Source: a virus
Reading direction: 5' to 3' (one strand)
IMG/VR virus record: IMGVR_UViG_3300027917_000040
Coordinates: 1 to 64,000 of that record
DNA length: 64,000 nucleotides
Within the stretch, counting starts at the first letter, position 1; each line of letters begins with the position of its first letter. Shown piece after piece: positions 54,757-64,000 of this stretch. A program made the translations under genes and the position numbers. Under the pieces are notes generated by a model, which ran no database searches, was not told the DNA's origin, and worked only from the letters and a program-made list of their open reading frames with translations.

Positions 54757-55401
54757 ATGAAACTAATCAAAGAAGAAATCGAATCAGTAAATTTTATTAC
54801 TGAGGAAAAAAACGGAAAGAAGTCACTTCATATTGAAGGAACTTTCCTCCAAGGAAACATTAAGAATCGTAATGGTCGTATGTATCCTATGGAGACTCTT
54901 CAGAGAGAAGTCAAGAGATACAATTCGGAATATGTTGAAAAAGGACGTGCTCTTGGTGAACTTGGTCACCCAGACGGTCCAACTGTAAATCTTGACAGAG
55001 TTTCTCACATGATCACCTCTTTAAAGGAGGATGGAACAAACTTTGTTGGTAAGGCAAAAATCCTTGACACACCAATGGGTAAAATTGCATCCTCACTGAT
55101 CGGTGAAGGTGTAAAACTTGGAGTTTCTTCAAGAGGAGTTGGTTCTCTTGTTGAAAAAAATGGGGTTAAAGTTGTCAATGATGACTTCATGTTGGCAACT
55201 GCTGCCGACATTGTTGCCGATCCATCTGCACCTGATGCCTTTGTAAATGGCATCATGGAAGGTGTTGAGTGGGTCTGGAATAATGGCGTTTCTGAGCAAA
55301 AAGTAGAAAGTCTTCAAAAAAAGATTGATAAATATGCCAGAGAACGTGCTTTAAACGAGCAGGCACTTAGTCTTTTCAATGAGTTTCTTAACTCGTTGTA
55401 A
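54757..55401 (+). CDS. gp21: Prohead core scaffold/protease gp21
   Basis: NRNGRMYP, GELGHP, GVSSRG.GS and DIVADPSAPDAFV motifs. Confidence 0.97.
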   Translation: MKLIKEEIESVNFITEEKNGKKSLHIEGTFLQGNIKNRNGRMYPMETLQREVKRYNSEYVEKGRALGELGHPDGPTVNLDRVSHMITSLKEDGTNFVGKAKILDTPMGKIASSLIGEGVKLGVSSRGVGSLVEKNGVKVVNDDFMLATAADIVADPSAPDAFVNGIMEGVEWVWNNGVSEQKVESLQKKIDKYARERALNEQALSLFNEFLNSL

Positions 55402-55411
55402 TTAATTAATT

Positions 55412-55419
55412 TATAAATA
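55412..55419 (+). promoter_or_regulatory. T4 late promoter TATAAATA
   Basis: Exact consensus upstream of gp22. Confidence 0.8.
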
Positions 55420-55457
55420 AATATAGTTTAACTTATAAGAGTTTACGGAGAGTCCAA

Positions 55458-56666
55458 ATGTCCCGTGGTAAAAATTTACAGGAAATGGAAGCAGGCACTA
55501 CACAATCCAAAACTGCTGTCAATGCTGGAGCAAAAGGTGCAGATCCAATGCAGAAACTGACTACAGGTATTCCTGATGGTCAATCAACAAGTTGGCAAGA
55601 TCTTGGTGGTCCTACACCAGATAATTATAAGCCCGATGATTCTTCTGCGGAACTGAAGGATGCTTCAGGTCCACTTAAGCAAGTTAAAGATGTAGTTACA
55701 AAGGGTTCAAAAGCAGCAGAAGGAATGCAAAAAGCTCCTGCTTACTCTACTACTGGTGGAACATCAGTTTCCCGTGGTGGTGGAGATGCCATGCAGAAAA
55801 TGGCAAACCCTGTTAAGGAAGAAGAAGAATTGGAAGATGAAGTAATTGCAGAGGATGAAGTCGAAGAGACCACCGATGTAGTTGCGGAAGAAGAGACAGT
55901 AGAAGAAGAAGAAGTAACTGAAGAAGTTACTGAAGAAGAAGAGTTTGACATCGAAGAAGATGTTCATGCACTTCTTGATGGTGAAGAACTCTCCGAGGAC
56001 TTCCAAGAGAAAGCACGTACAATTTTTGAGGCAGCACTTCGTTCTAAAGTAACTGAAGTCCGCGAATCTCTCGCAGCAGCATACGATGAAAGACTCGTAG
56101 AAGAAGTTGCTGAGATCAAGTCTGTTCTTGAAGAGCGTGTTGACGCATATCTTGAGTATGTTGCTCAAGAATGGTTAGAAGAAAATGCACTTGCAGTTGA
56201 GCAAGGCATCAGAACAGAAATGACTGAATCCTTCATTCAAGGTATGAAGGGACTTTTTGAAGCACATTATGTAGAAATCCCTGACGAAAAATATGATGTC
56301 CTTGAGAGCATGGTAGAAAAACTTGATGACATGGAGACAAAACTCAACGAGCAGATTGAGAAGAACGTTTCCCTTAACAAGCGTCTCGCAGAGTCGGTTG
56401 CTGATGGAATCTTTGATGATGTTGCTGAGGGACTTGCCCTGAGCCAGAAAGAAAAGCTCGCTTCACTTGCTGAAAGTGTTGAGTTTGAAAGTGAGATACA
56501 ATATCGTGAAAAACTGGAGATGCTGAGGGAATCTTATTTTTCAGCGCAGAAAACTCCAAAAGCAACATCTGAGTCCCTCTCCGAGGGTGTAGATACTACT
56601 CCTGAATCCGTTTCACCTGGAATGGAATCCTATATGAGAGCACTCAATTCAGTTGCAAAAAACTGA
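55458..56666 (+). CDS. gp22: Prohead core scaffold protein gp22
   Basis: Acidic coiled coil with LSE.F..KA.TIFEAA and YL.YV..EW..EN; located between gp21 and gp23. Confidence 0.93.
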   Translation: MSRGKNLQEMEAGTTQSKTAVNAGAKGADPMQKLTTGIPDGQSTSWQDLGGPTPDNYKPDDSSAELKDASGPLKQVKDVVTKGSKAAEGMQKAPAYSTTGGTSVSRGGGDAMQKMANPVKEEEELEDEVIAEDEVEETTDVVAEEETVEEEEVTEEVTEEEEFDIEEDVHALLDGEELSEDFQEKARTIFEAALRSKVTEVRESLAAAYDERLVEEVAEIKSVLEERVDAYLEYVAQEWLEENALAVEQGIRTEMTESFIQGMKGLFEAHYVEIPDEKYDVLESMVEKLDDMETKLNEQIEKNVSLNKRLAESVADGIFDDVAEGLALSQKEKLASLAESVEFESEIQYREKLEMLRESYFSAQKTPKATSESLSEGVDTTPESVSPGMESYMRALNSVAKN

Positions 56667-56711
56667 ATTTAATATTAAAAACAAACGCACTTTAGTAAAA
56701 GGTAAAAAGCA

Positions 56712-58148
56712 ATGTTTCAATCAGAAGCACTGCAGAAAAAGTGGGCACCTCTTCTGGAGCACGAAGGTTGCGAAGCAATCAAAGACTCCCACAGAAAGGC
56801 TGTAACCGCTGTTCTGCTTGAGAACCAAGAAAGATTTTTAAGAGAGCAATCTGCTTTCAATGCAGGTGGACTCCTGACCGAGACTCCAACCGTTAATACT
56901 AACTCCGGCCCCGTAGGTGGAGATGGTGTTGGTGGTCCTGGTTTTGGTGGATCCGCTGATGCTGCTGGTCCAGTAGCAGGTTTCGACCCCGTACTGATCT
57001 CACTGATCCGTCGTTCAATGCCTAACCTGGTCGCTTATGACCTCGCAGGCGTTCAACCAATGAACGGTCCAACTGGTCTCATCTTTGCGATGAGAGCACG
57101 TTATGAGGATCAGGCAGGAGCAGAAGCACTGTTCAACGAACCAGATACTGCATTCTCTGGACAAGGCGACCAATTCAACCATGGACTTGGTGATTACACC
57201 AGAAATCCAGGAAACGGAGCAGCCGTTGGTCTGGGAACAACTGCAGCATCGGGAGACAACCCAGGTCTGTTGAATCCAAACGGAACCGAGACTGACTACA
57301 GCGTTGGTCAGGGCATGGCAACTGCTGATGCTGAGGCACTTGGAGTTGATGGTGGAAACCAGTTCAACGAGATGGCATTCTCCATCGAGAAAGTTCTCGT
57401 TGAAGCAAAGTCAAGAGCACTGAAGGCGGAATACAGCCTTGAGCTCGCTCAGGATCTGAAGGCAATCCACGGTCTGAACGCAGAAGCAGAACTCGCCAAC
57501 ATTCTCTCCACAGAGATTCTGGCAGAGATTAACCGTGAAGTCATCAGAACCATCTATAAGGTTGCTGAACCTGGCGCACAACTTAACACTGCAACTGCTG
57601 GTGTATTTGACCTCGACATCGACTCCAACGGTCGTTGGTCAGTTGAGAAGTTCAAGGGCCTTCTGTTCCAAATCGAAAGAGATGCGAACCAGATTGCACA
57701 AAGAACTCGTAGAGGAAAGGGCAACGTAATCATGTGCTCTGCTGACGTTGCTTCGGCACTCACAATGGCAGGAGTACTTGACTACACCCCAGCACTCAAC
57801 GCTAACCTCAATGTTGATGACACTGGCAACACCTTCGCAGGTGTGCTGATGGGCAAATTCCGCGTCTACATTGACCCATATTCTGCAAACAACGCTGCTA
57901 ACCAGTATTACGTTGTTGGTTATAAGGGTTCCTCACCTTATGATGCAGGTCTCTTCTATTGCCCATATGTTCCTCTCCAAATGGTTCGTGCCGTTGGTGA
58001 GAACACCTTCCAGCCAAAAATCGGATTTAAGACCCGCTACGGCATGGTCGCTAATCCATTCGCTGAGGGTACAAATCAAGGTCTCGGTAGACTCCAGACC
58101 AACCAAAACCGCTACTACAGAAGAGTTAGAGTTCAGAACCTCATGTGA
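56712..58148 (+). CDS. gp23: Major capsid protein gp23
   Basis: GVQPM.GPTGLIFAMR, ELAQDLKAIHG and FQPKIGFKTRYG motifs. Confidence 0.98.
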   Translation: MFQSEALQKKWAPLLEHEGCEAIKDSHRKAVTAVLLENQERFLREQSAFNAGGLLTETPTVNTNSGPVGGDGVGGPGFGGSADAAGPVAGFDPVLISLIRRSMPNLVAYDLAGVQPMNGPTGLIFAMRARYEDQAGAEALFNEPDTAFSGQGDQFNHGLGDYTRNPGNGAAVGLGTTAASGDNPGLLNPNGTETDYSVGQGMATADAEALGVDGGNQFNEMAFSIEKVLVEAKSRALKAEYSLELAQDLKAIHGLNAEAELANILSTEILAEINREVIRTIYKVAEPGAQLNTATAGVFDLDIDSNGRWSVEKFKGLLFQIERDANQIAQRTRRGKGNVIMCSADVASALTMAGVLDYTPALNANLNVDDTGNTFAGVLMGKFRVYIDPYSANNAANQYYVVGYKGSSPYDAGLFYCPYVPLQMVRAVGENTFQPKIGFKTRYGMVANPFAEGTNQGLGRLQTNQNRYYRRVRVQNLM

Positions 58149-58174
58149 TCCATTCGGTTCACACGAAATACTCG

Positions 58175-58197
58175 GGGGTCTTCGGACCCCTTTTTTT
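58175..58197 (+). terminator. Intrinsic terminator GGGGTC-TTCG-GACCCC-T7
   Basis: cUUCGg tetraloop hairpin after gp23. Confidence 0.92.
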
Positions 58198-58219
58198 ATT
58201 CTAAATATTTAAAAAAGTC

Positions 58220-58798
58220 ATGGCAGCTTCAAGAAGAGGTCAATTAACAAATAGAAATTATCTTTCAAGCACTGGGTTTAAGTTTGTTTTGAATAGGTCT
58301 CCCAAAACAGCTTTTCTTTGCAACAAAGCAAATATACCAGGAATAACTTTAGGAGTTGCAGAGCAATCAAACTACCTAACGAATCCAATTCCTCATCCTG
58401 GGGATAATATGGTTTTTGAAGACTTTGAAATTGATTTTATTGTTGATGAGGATATGGAAAATTATATGGAAATCCAATTTTGGATGAGGGGTCTGGGATT
58501 TCCAGAAACTTTAGAAGAAATATATGATTGGCAAAATGATCCAAATAGTTATTTGTATGGTGGATTAGATGCAAATATGAATCTTTATTCTGATGGAACA
58601 TTATTCATTTTGAATAGCAATCTTAGATTAAATCATCAAATAAGATTCAGAAAAATGTTCCCATATAGATTATCGGACCTTTCTTTTGATGCAACAAATA
58701 CTGAAGAAGAATATTTCACTGCTACTGTCAGTTTTAAATATATGATGTATAATATAGCAGATGAAAAGGGATACATCAAACCAAAACGATATAGTTAA
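58220..58798 (+). CDS. gp3: Tail tube terminator / sheath stabilizer gp3
   Basis: N.LS.TGFKF, ANIPG and F.VDEDMENY motifs; late promoter TCTAAATA at 58200. Confidence 0.88.
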   Translation: MAASRRGQLTNRNYLSSTGFKFVLNRSPKTAFLCNKANIPGITLGVAEQSNYLTNPIPHPGDNMVFEDFEIDFIVDEDMENYMEIQFWMRGLGFPETLEEIYDWQNDPNSYLYGGLDANMNLYSDGTLFILNSNLRLNHQIRFRKMFPYRLSDLSFDATNTEEEYFTATVSFKYMMYNIADEKGYIKPKRYS

Positions 58799-58800
58799 TT

Positions 58801-59238
58801 ATGGCAATTGATTTAGACATTATACAGTCTATGTGGGAAAAAGATTCTAAAATAGATCCAGATAATTTACATACAGAATCTTTAAATATACCCAGACTAC
58901 ATGCAAAATATTATGAGATTTATAATACACTAACACTTTTAAGAGCAAAAGCAGAAAATAAAAAAAGAATCGTGAGGAAAGATCAACATGAGTATTATAC
59001 TGGAAAAGCAGATCCTGATGTTTATGTGGAGAATCCATTTCCTAAAAAAATCCGTGACAAAGAAACTCTCAAACAATATCTGGATGCCGATGAAACGATT
59101 ACTCAGTGTTCGTTGAAGGTGGAGTATTATGATGTTATGCTTCGTTATTTGGAAGATATAATTAAAACAATACACAACCGCACATATCAAATTAAGAATG
59201 CTATTGAGTATCAGAAGTTTATGAGCGGTATGGGATAG
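58801..59238 (+). CDS. uvsY: Recombination mediator UvsY
   Basis: W.KDS.ID, LH.KY and R.YQIKNAIE motifs. Confidence 0.9.
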   Translation: MAIDLDIIQSMWEKDSKIDPDNLHTESLNIPRLHAKYYEIYNTLTLLRAKAENKKRIVRKDQHEYYTGKADPDVYVENPFPKKIRDKETLKQYLDADETITQCSLKVEYYDVMLRYLEDIIKTIHNRTYQIKNAIEYQKFMSGMG

Positions 59239-59269
59239 AATCTAAATACATTAGTTGTAGCAATGCTTT

Positions 59270-60736
59270 ATGACTAATGTGACTATAAGCAAAAAGAATG
59301 AGGTTTACATTAAGTTAGAATGTGAACCTCATGTTTTGTATGATCTTGAACCCCATTTCACATTTGATGTAGAGGGGGCAAAGTTCATGCCGCATATGAG
59401 AAATAAGCATTGGGACGGAAAGATAAGATTGCTTAGCACTCATACAGGAGAGATTTATGCAGGTCTTCTGGATAGAGTTGTAGCAAAGTTAAAGAAATAT
59501 GATTACGAATATACATTTAAAGATAGTAAGTACTATGGTCTTCCGTTTGAAATAAACGAGGAGATATGTCCAGAAGGCGTTGCAGACTACATGAAAAGCA
59601 TTTGTAGTCATGAACCCTATGATTACCAAGTAGACGCTGTTTACGAGTGTCTGAGATACAATAGAAAACTTATATTGAGTCCTACTGCATCTGGCAAATC
59701 TTTAATGATTTATTCGATCATAAGATATTATGTTGCAAAGGGTAAAAAGATTCTTATTGTATTCCCAACTACATCTCTTGTTCGTCAGATGTTTAATGAC
59801 TTCAAGGACTATGGATGGGATGCCGATGAGTATTGTCATTTGATTTATTCGGGTAAAGAGAAGAATACTGATATGCCCGTTACTCTCTCTACATGGCAAT
59901 CTTTATATACTCTTCCTAAAAAATATTTTGAAAACTTTGATTGTGTGATTGTTGATGAAGCACACGGAGCAAAGTCAAAGTCATTGATTGACATTATGAA
60001 AAAGTGTCACAATGCAAAATACCGTTTTGGGTTTACAGGAACTCTTTCTGGGAGTAATACTCATGAGTGGGTTGTTTGTGGATTGTTTGGTCCGCAATAT
60101 AAGACCATTGGGACTTCTGAGATGATTGAGAAGGGAAGAGCATCTCAGTTGGATATTAACTGTTTACTTCTCAAGCATAAACCTCAGAAGTTTGAGACTT
60201 ATGAAGATGAGATTCAGTTTCTTATTACCAATGAAAAAAGAAATAAGTTTGTTAGAAATTTGGCGCTTAGTCTCAATGGTAACACTCTTGTGTTATTTTC
60301 AAGAGTAGAAACTCATGGACAGATACTATTTGATTTAATAAATAATCGTAAGGAAGAAGGTCGAAAGGTTTTCTTCGTTCACGGTGGAGTTGATACAGAC
60401 GAAAGAGAAGCAATTCGACAGATTACTGAGAAAGAAAATAATGCAATCATCGTTGCTTCTTATGGTGTTTTTAGTACAGGAATTTCTATTAAAAGACTTC
60501 ATAATATAGTCTTTGCATCACCTAGTAAGTCTAGAATAAGAAATCTCCAAAGTATTGGAAGGGTATTGAGAAAAGGAAAGAACAAAGATAAAGCTACCCT
60601 CTATGATATTGCTGATGATACCACTTATAATTCAAAGAAAAATTATACATTAAATCACTTTATAGAAAGGATTAAAATTTACGTCGAAGAAGATTTTAAC
60701 TATGAAATAATACCAATAAATATCGGAGGAATTTAG
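59270..60736 (+). CDS. uvsW: SF2 DNA helicase UvsW
   Basis: SPTASGKS, DEAH and QSIGRVLR motifs. Confidence 0.95.
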   Translation: MTNVTISKKNEVYIKLECEPHVLYDLEPHFTFDVEGAKFMPHMRNKHWDGKIRLLSTHTGEIYAGLLDRVVAKLKKYDYEYTFKDSKYYGLPFEINEEICPEGVADYMKSICSHEPYDYQVDAVYECLRYNRKLILSPTASGKSLMIYSIIRYYVAKGKKILIVFPTTSLVRQMFNDFKDYGWDADEYCHLIYSGKEKNTDMPVTLSTWQSLYTLPKKYFENFDCVIVDEAHGAKSKSLIDIMKKCHNAKYRFGFTGTLSGSNTHEWVVCGLFGPQYKTIGTSEMIEKGRASQLDINCLLLKHKPQKFETYEDEIQFLITNEKRNKFVRNLALSLNGNTLVLFSRVETHGQILFDLINNRKEEGRKVFFVHGGVDTDEREAIRQITEKENNAIIVASYGVFSTGISIKRLHNIVFASPSKSRIRNLQSIGRVLRKGKNKDKATLYDIADDTTYNSKKNYTLNHFIERIKIYVEEDFNYEIIPINIGGI

Positions 60737-60737
60737 C

Positions 60738-61163
60738 ATGGAAGATGATTTTTATGCTTCAATAAAATTAATAACAGGAGAAGAGATTTTTGCTAGAGTA
60801 ATGCCTTGCATTCAAAAAACTAATTTTACTTTAATTTTAAATAATCCTGTAACATTTTCTGAATTTAAAAGTAGAAATGGAATAACCGGATACAAAATTG
60901 AACCATGGTTAAAAACTAATCATGAGGATTTAATAGTTATAAGTATGGAAAGAGTGATTACTATATCCGAAACAACTGATGCTGAAATAATTGAAATGCA
61001 TCAATCATTTGTTAATAAATTTTATACTATGAAAAATAAAAAGATTAAAGGTGGAAATATAACTAAAAAAATGGGATACCTTGGAACTGTAAAAGATGCT
61101 AAGAACCTTTTAGAAAGAATATACAAAAAGTCTCCTGATGTAGATATACATAAAGATAATTAG
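60738..61163 (+). CDS. Conserved cyanophage protein (IKL.TGEEI, Sm-like)
   Basis: ORF between uvsW and gp55. Confidence 0.75.
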   Translation: MEDDFYASIKLITGEEIFARVMPCIQKTNFTLILNNPVTFSEFKSRNGITGYKIEPWLKTNHEDLIVISMERVITISETTDAEIIEMHQSFVNKFYTMKNKKIKGGNITKKMGYLGTVKDAKNLLERIYKKSPDVDIHKDN

Positions 61164-61194
61164 ATATTAATATTTCTCAAAGGGCAACAAACCC

Positions 61195-61223
61195 AGTCTA
61201 CTTAAATTACAATATCTTGTCAA
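61195..61223 (-). promoter_or_regulatory. Antisense sigma70-type promoter TTGACA-17-TAGACT
   Basis: TGTCAA at 61218-61223 and AGTCTA at 61195-61200 on the + strand, 17 bp apart. Confidence 0.6.
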
Positions 61224-61228
61224 GCCCC

Positions 61229-61257
61229 TTGATTTTATTTCGTAAAAGTGTTATCAT
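61229..61257 (+). promoter_or_regulatory. Sigma70-type promoter TTGATT-17-(TGt)TATCAT for gp55
   Basis: 17-bp spacer with an extended -10. Confidence 0.65.
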
Positions 61258-61283
61258 GTCTACATAATAGATTAGATAATTTT

Positions 61284-61784
61284 ATGATATACAATCCTGG
61301 CGTTATGGCTAAAAGAAAAAGATCGGTCCATTACGTTAACAATAAAGATTTTCTTGATGCTCTGATAAAGTATAGAGAAGAAGTTGAGTTAGCGGAAAAA
61401 AGGGGAGACCCTAAACCAAGAATAAGTAATTATCTTGGGGAGTGTTTTTTAAAGATTGCGACACACTTGTCATTTAAACCAAACTTTGTAAACTATATCT
61501 TCAAAGATGATATGGTTTCCGATGGCATTGAAAACTGCGTTCAATACATTCACAATTTTAATCCAGAGAAATCAAAAAATCCTTTTGCATACTTTACCCA
61601 AATTATTCATTACGCATTTCTTAGAAGAATTCAGAGAGAAAAGCGTCAATTAGATATTAAAAATAAAATCCTCGAACGCACCGGATTTGACGAAGTGTTT
61701 CATGATGACTCCGGTATTGACGGAATGAACTACAGCGACTATAATTCCATCAAAGACTCTGTGCATTCTAAACTCCGTAACTGA
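61284..61784 (+). CDS. gp55: Late sigma factor gp55
   Basis: HYVNNK.F, NF.NY.FKDDM.SDG and NPFAYFTQI motifs; alternative start at 61305. Confidence 0.95.
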   Translation: MIYNPGVMAKRKRSVHYVNNKDFLDALIKYREEVELAEKRGDPKPRISNYLGECFLKIATHLSFKPNFVNYIFKDDMVSDGIENCVQYIHNFNPEKSKNPFAYFTQIIHYAFLRRIQREKRQLDIKNKILERTGFDEVFHDDSGIDGMNYSDYNSIKDSVHSKLRN

Positions 61785-62818
61785 TGAAGGTAGCAATCAT
61801 AACTGATCAGCACTTTGGTGCTAGAAAAAACTCAAAACTTTTTCATGACTACTTTCTCAACTTTTATGAGAATGTGTTTTTTCCAACTTTAGAAAAAGAG
61901 GGTATCACCACTGTCATCGATATGGGTGATACCTTTGATAGTAGAAAGGGTATTGACTTTGCTGCTTTAGCATGGGCAAAGAATCATTACTATGATCGAC
62001 TATCTGATATGGGCATTGAAGTTCATACTATTGTTGGAAATCACACTGCCTACTATAAAAATACGAATGATATTAATGCAGTAGATCTTCTTTTACGAGA
62101 ATATTCCAATATAAAAATATACAGTGAACCTACTGAAATCAAACTTGGAAATCTCGATGTTTTACTTTTACCTTGGATAAATCCCGAAAATGAAAGCAAT
62201 ACTTATTCACTTATTAAAACTACAACTTGCTTATGTGCGATGGGGCACCTTGAGTTGGCAGGATTTAGAGTTAATTCGCAAATCATCATGGAGCATGGTT
62301 TGGAGAGCAAACTATTTGAGAAGTTCACCAAGGTCTTCTCGGGACACTATCACACTAGATCGAATGACGGACGAGTCTTCTACTTAGGTAATCCCTATGA
62401 AATGTATTGGTCTGATTGGAATGATACTAGAGGATTCACAATCTTTGATACGGAAACTTTAGATCATCATCACATTGATAATCCTTACAACATGTTTGAG
62501 ATTATTAACTATGATGAAGATACTACAGAGTTAGATTCAGACTACGAAAATAATATCGTAAAGGTTGTAATAAAAAATAAAAACAATCAACTTAAATACG
62601 AAAAATTTCTAGACAAACTTTACTCACAAAATCCTGCTGAAGTAAAGATTGTGGAAAACTTTGAAATCAATATAAAAGATTTTGAAGAAGACATAGAGTC
62701 AGAAGACACCATTTCTATCTTAGATAGATATATTCAAGAGTCTGAAACTGACATGGACAAAACTGAGATCATGTCAATCATCAGAGAAATCTATCAGGAG
62801 TCGTGCGAGATGGTGTAA
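61784..62818 (+). CDS. gp47: Recombination endonuclease subunit gp47 (Mre11/SbcD-like)
   Basis: TDQHFG, GD.FD, GNH and SGHYH metallophosphoesterase motifs. Confidence 0.95.
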   Translation: MKVAIITDQHFGARKNSKLFHDYFLNFYENVFFPTLEKEGITTVIDMGDTFDSRKGIDFAALAWAKNHYYDRLSDMGIEVHTIVGNHTAYYKNTNDINAVDLLLREYSNIKIYSEPTEIKLGNLDVLLLPWINPENESNTYSLIKTTTCLCAMGHLELAGFRVNSQIIMEHGLESKLFEKFTKVFSGHYHTRSNDGRVFYLGNPYEMYWSDWNDTRGFTIFDTETLDHHHIDNPYNMFEIINYDEDTTELDSDYENNIVKVVIKNKNNQLKYEKFLDKLYSQNPAEVKIVENFEINIKDFEEDIESEDTISILDRYIQESETDMDKTEIMSIIREIYQESCEMV

Positions 62819-62819
62819 C

Positions 62820-63098
62820 ATGTATATCATAACATTAGAGGGTAGGGAAGAGGAAGGAGCTTATTCAGTAACAAACGAAGTCGGTGATCAAGTCCTTTAC
62901 ATGTTTGAGGATGAAGATGATGCACTTCGATTTGCTATGATGCTTGAAGACGATAGGGATTACCCTCCAATGCATGTGATAGAAGTTGACGATGATGCTA
63001 TACTGAAAGCATGTAGAGAAAATTCATACGAATACAATATTTTCTCTGAGCATGAATTTGTAATTCCCCCTGAAGAAGACGGTAATGATTTTATTTGA
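62820..63098 (+). CDS. Acidic cyanophage hypothetical protein between gp47 and gp46
   Basis: ORF track; FE.EDDA.R motif. Confidence 0.75.
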   Translation: MYIITLEGREEEGAYSVTNEVGDQVLYMFEDEDDALRFAMMLEDDRDYPPMHVIEVDDDAILKACRENSYEYNIFSEHEFVIPPEEDGNDFI

Positions 63099-64000
63099 AA
63101 AGATTCGATGGAAAAACTTTTTAAGCACCGGAAACCAATTTATTGAGATTGACTTTTTAAAATCTGAATCAACCCTAATTGTTGGGCAAAACGGAGCAGG
63201 TAAGAGCACCCTTCTTGATGCTCTTACTTTTGTGCTGTTTGGTAAATCTTTTAGAGGAATCAACAAACCACAACTTATTAACTCGTCGAATGAGAAAGAT
63301 TGTGTTGTAGAGATTGAGTTTAAGATTGGATCTGTTGAATGGAAAGTTGTAAGAGGTATAAAACCAAGTTTGTTTACGATTTCTAGAAACGGAAAGGAAA
63401 TAGATCAGCAGTCGTCGGCAGCAGATCAACAAAAGTGGTTTGAGCAAACAGTTCTGAAAATGAACTACAAATCATTTACTCAAGTTGTTATTATTGGTAG
63501 TAGTAACTTTACTCCTTTTATGCAACTTACTGCAGCAAGTAGAAGAGAAGTAATTGAAGATCTTCTTGACATTAAAGTGTTTTCTTCTATGAATTCTTTA
63601 ATTAAAGAAAAAATAAAATTACAAAAAGATGAAGTTAAAACTTTAGATCTTAAGAAAGATTCTCTTAAAGATAAAGTCGAAATGCAGTCAAGTTTTATTG
63701 AAAAAATTAAAAATGAGGGGAAAGGCAAAATTCAATCATTAAATAATGATAATGAAAAGTTTATGAAAGAATGTGATTCTTACATAAGTGCAAATGATTC
63801 TCTTGAGGAAGAACTTTTTGAAAATAATAAGCAAATAGAAGAACTTTCTGATTGTAAACCAAAACTTAAAAAGTTTGCAAATATGAGAGGAAAGTTTTCT
63901 CAAAAAATTGCCACAGCAAAGGAAGACAAGAAGTTTTTTGAAGAAAATTCGGTTTGCCCTACCTGTAGACAAGATATAGAAGATCGTCATAAGTTAAATA
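63085..64000 (+). CDS. gp46: Recombination endonuclease ATPase subunit gp46 (Rad50/SbcC-like), truncated by the window end
   Basis: MILFEKIRWKNFLSTGN, GQNGAGKST Walker A and CPTC zinc hook; open to the window end. Confidence 0.95.
   Translation, partial: MILFEKIRWKNFLSTGNQFIEIDFLKSESTLIVGQNGAGKSTLLDALTFVLFGKSFRGINKPQLINSSNEKDCVVEIEFKIGSVEWKVVRGIKPSLFTISRNGKEIDQQSSAADQQKWFEQTVLKMNYKSFTQVVIIGSSNFTPFMQLTAASRREVIEDLLDIKVFSSMNSLIKEKIKLQKDEVKTLDLKKDSLKDKVEMQSSFIEKIKNEGKGKIQSLNNDNEKFMKECDSYISANDSLEEELFENNKQIEELSDCKPKLKKFANMRGKFSQKIATAKEDKKFFEENSVCPTCRQDIEDRHKLN

Noticed and set aside
47324-60736. Inteins, introns or homing endonucleases in gp17, gp20, gp23 or uvsW
   Set aside because: Lengths and motif spacing are normal, with no intein or HNH/GIY-YIG/LAGLIDADG motifs seen.
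13994-63990. Short minus-strand and alternate-frame ORFs inside structural and replication genes
   Set aside because: They overlap well-supported T4 core genes and read as low-complexity antisense translations.
1-64000. tRNA, rRNA, DGR/reverse transcriptase or stop-codon recoding
   Set aside because: No cloverleaf, rRNA or RT motifs noticed, and core genes translate intact with the standard code.

Overview
This window is part of a T4-like cyanophage genome (Kyanoviridae-like myovirus), with almost all genes on the + strand. It has three parts. (1) 1-7100 is an early-gene island whose GC content rises to about 65%. About 20 small genes are interleaved with about 15 copies of a modular promoter element: an upstream box, then a GC-rich hairpin centred on the -35 position, then a -10 hexamer and an A/C-rich leader. 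The last three copies carry an RpaB/HLR1-like direct repeat in place of the usual GTGNCA..TGNCAC palindrome. (2) 7100-7300 is a non-coding junction with tandem ATAAG-N5-CTTAT boxes at an abrupt GC-to-AT switch. (3) 7300-64000 holds conserved cyanophage genes and the T4 core: gp25, gp6, gp7, two giant structural proteins, gp8, gp13-gp23, gp3, uvsY, uvsW, gp55, gp47 and a truncated gp46, with T4 late promoters. The most notable observations are the hairpin-promoter cassette array, near-total RGCY avoidance in the early region, two candidate antisense or small RNAs, and candidate protease-processed internal head proteins. All calls come from reading the sequence by eye; no database searches were run.
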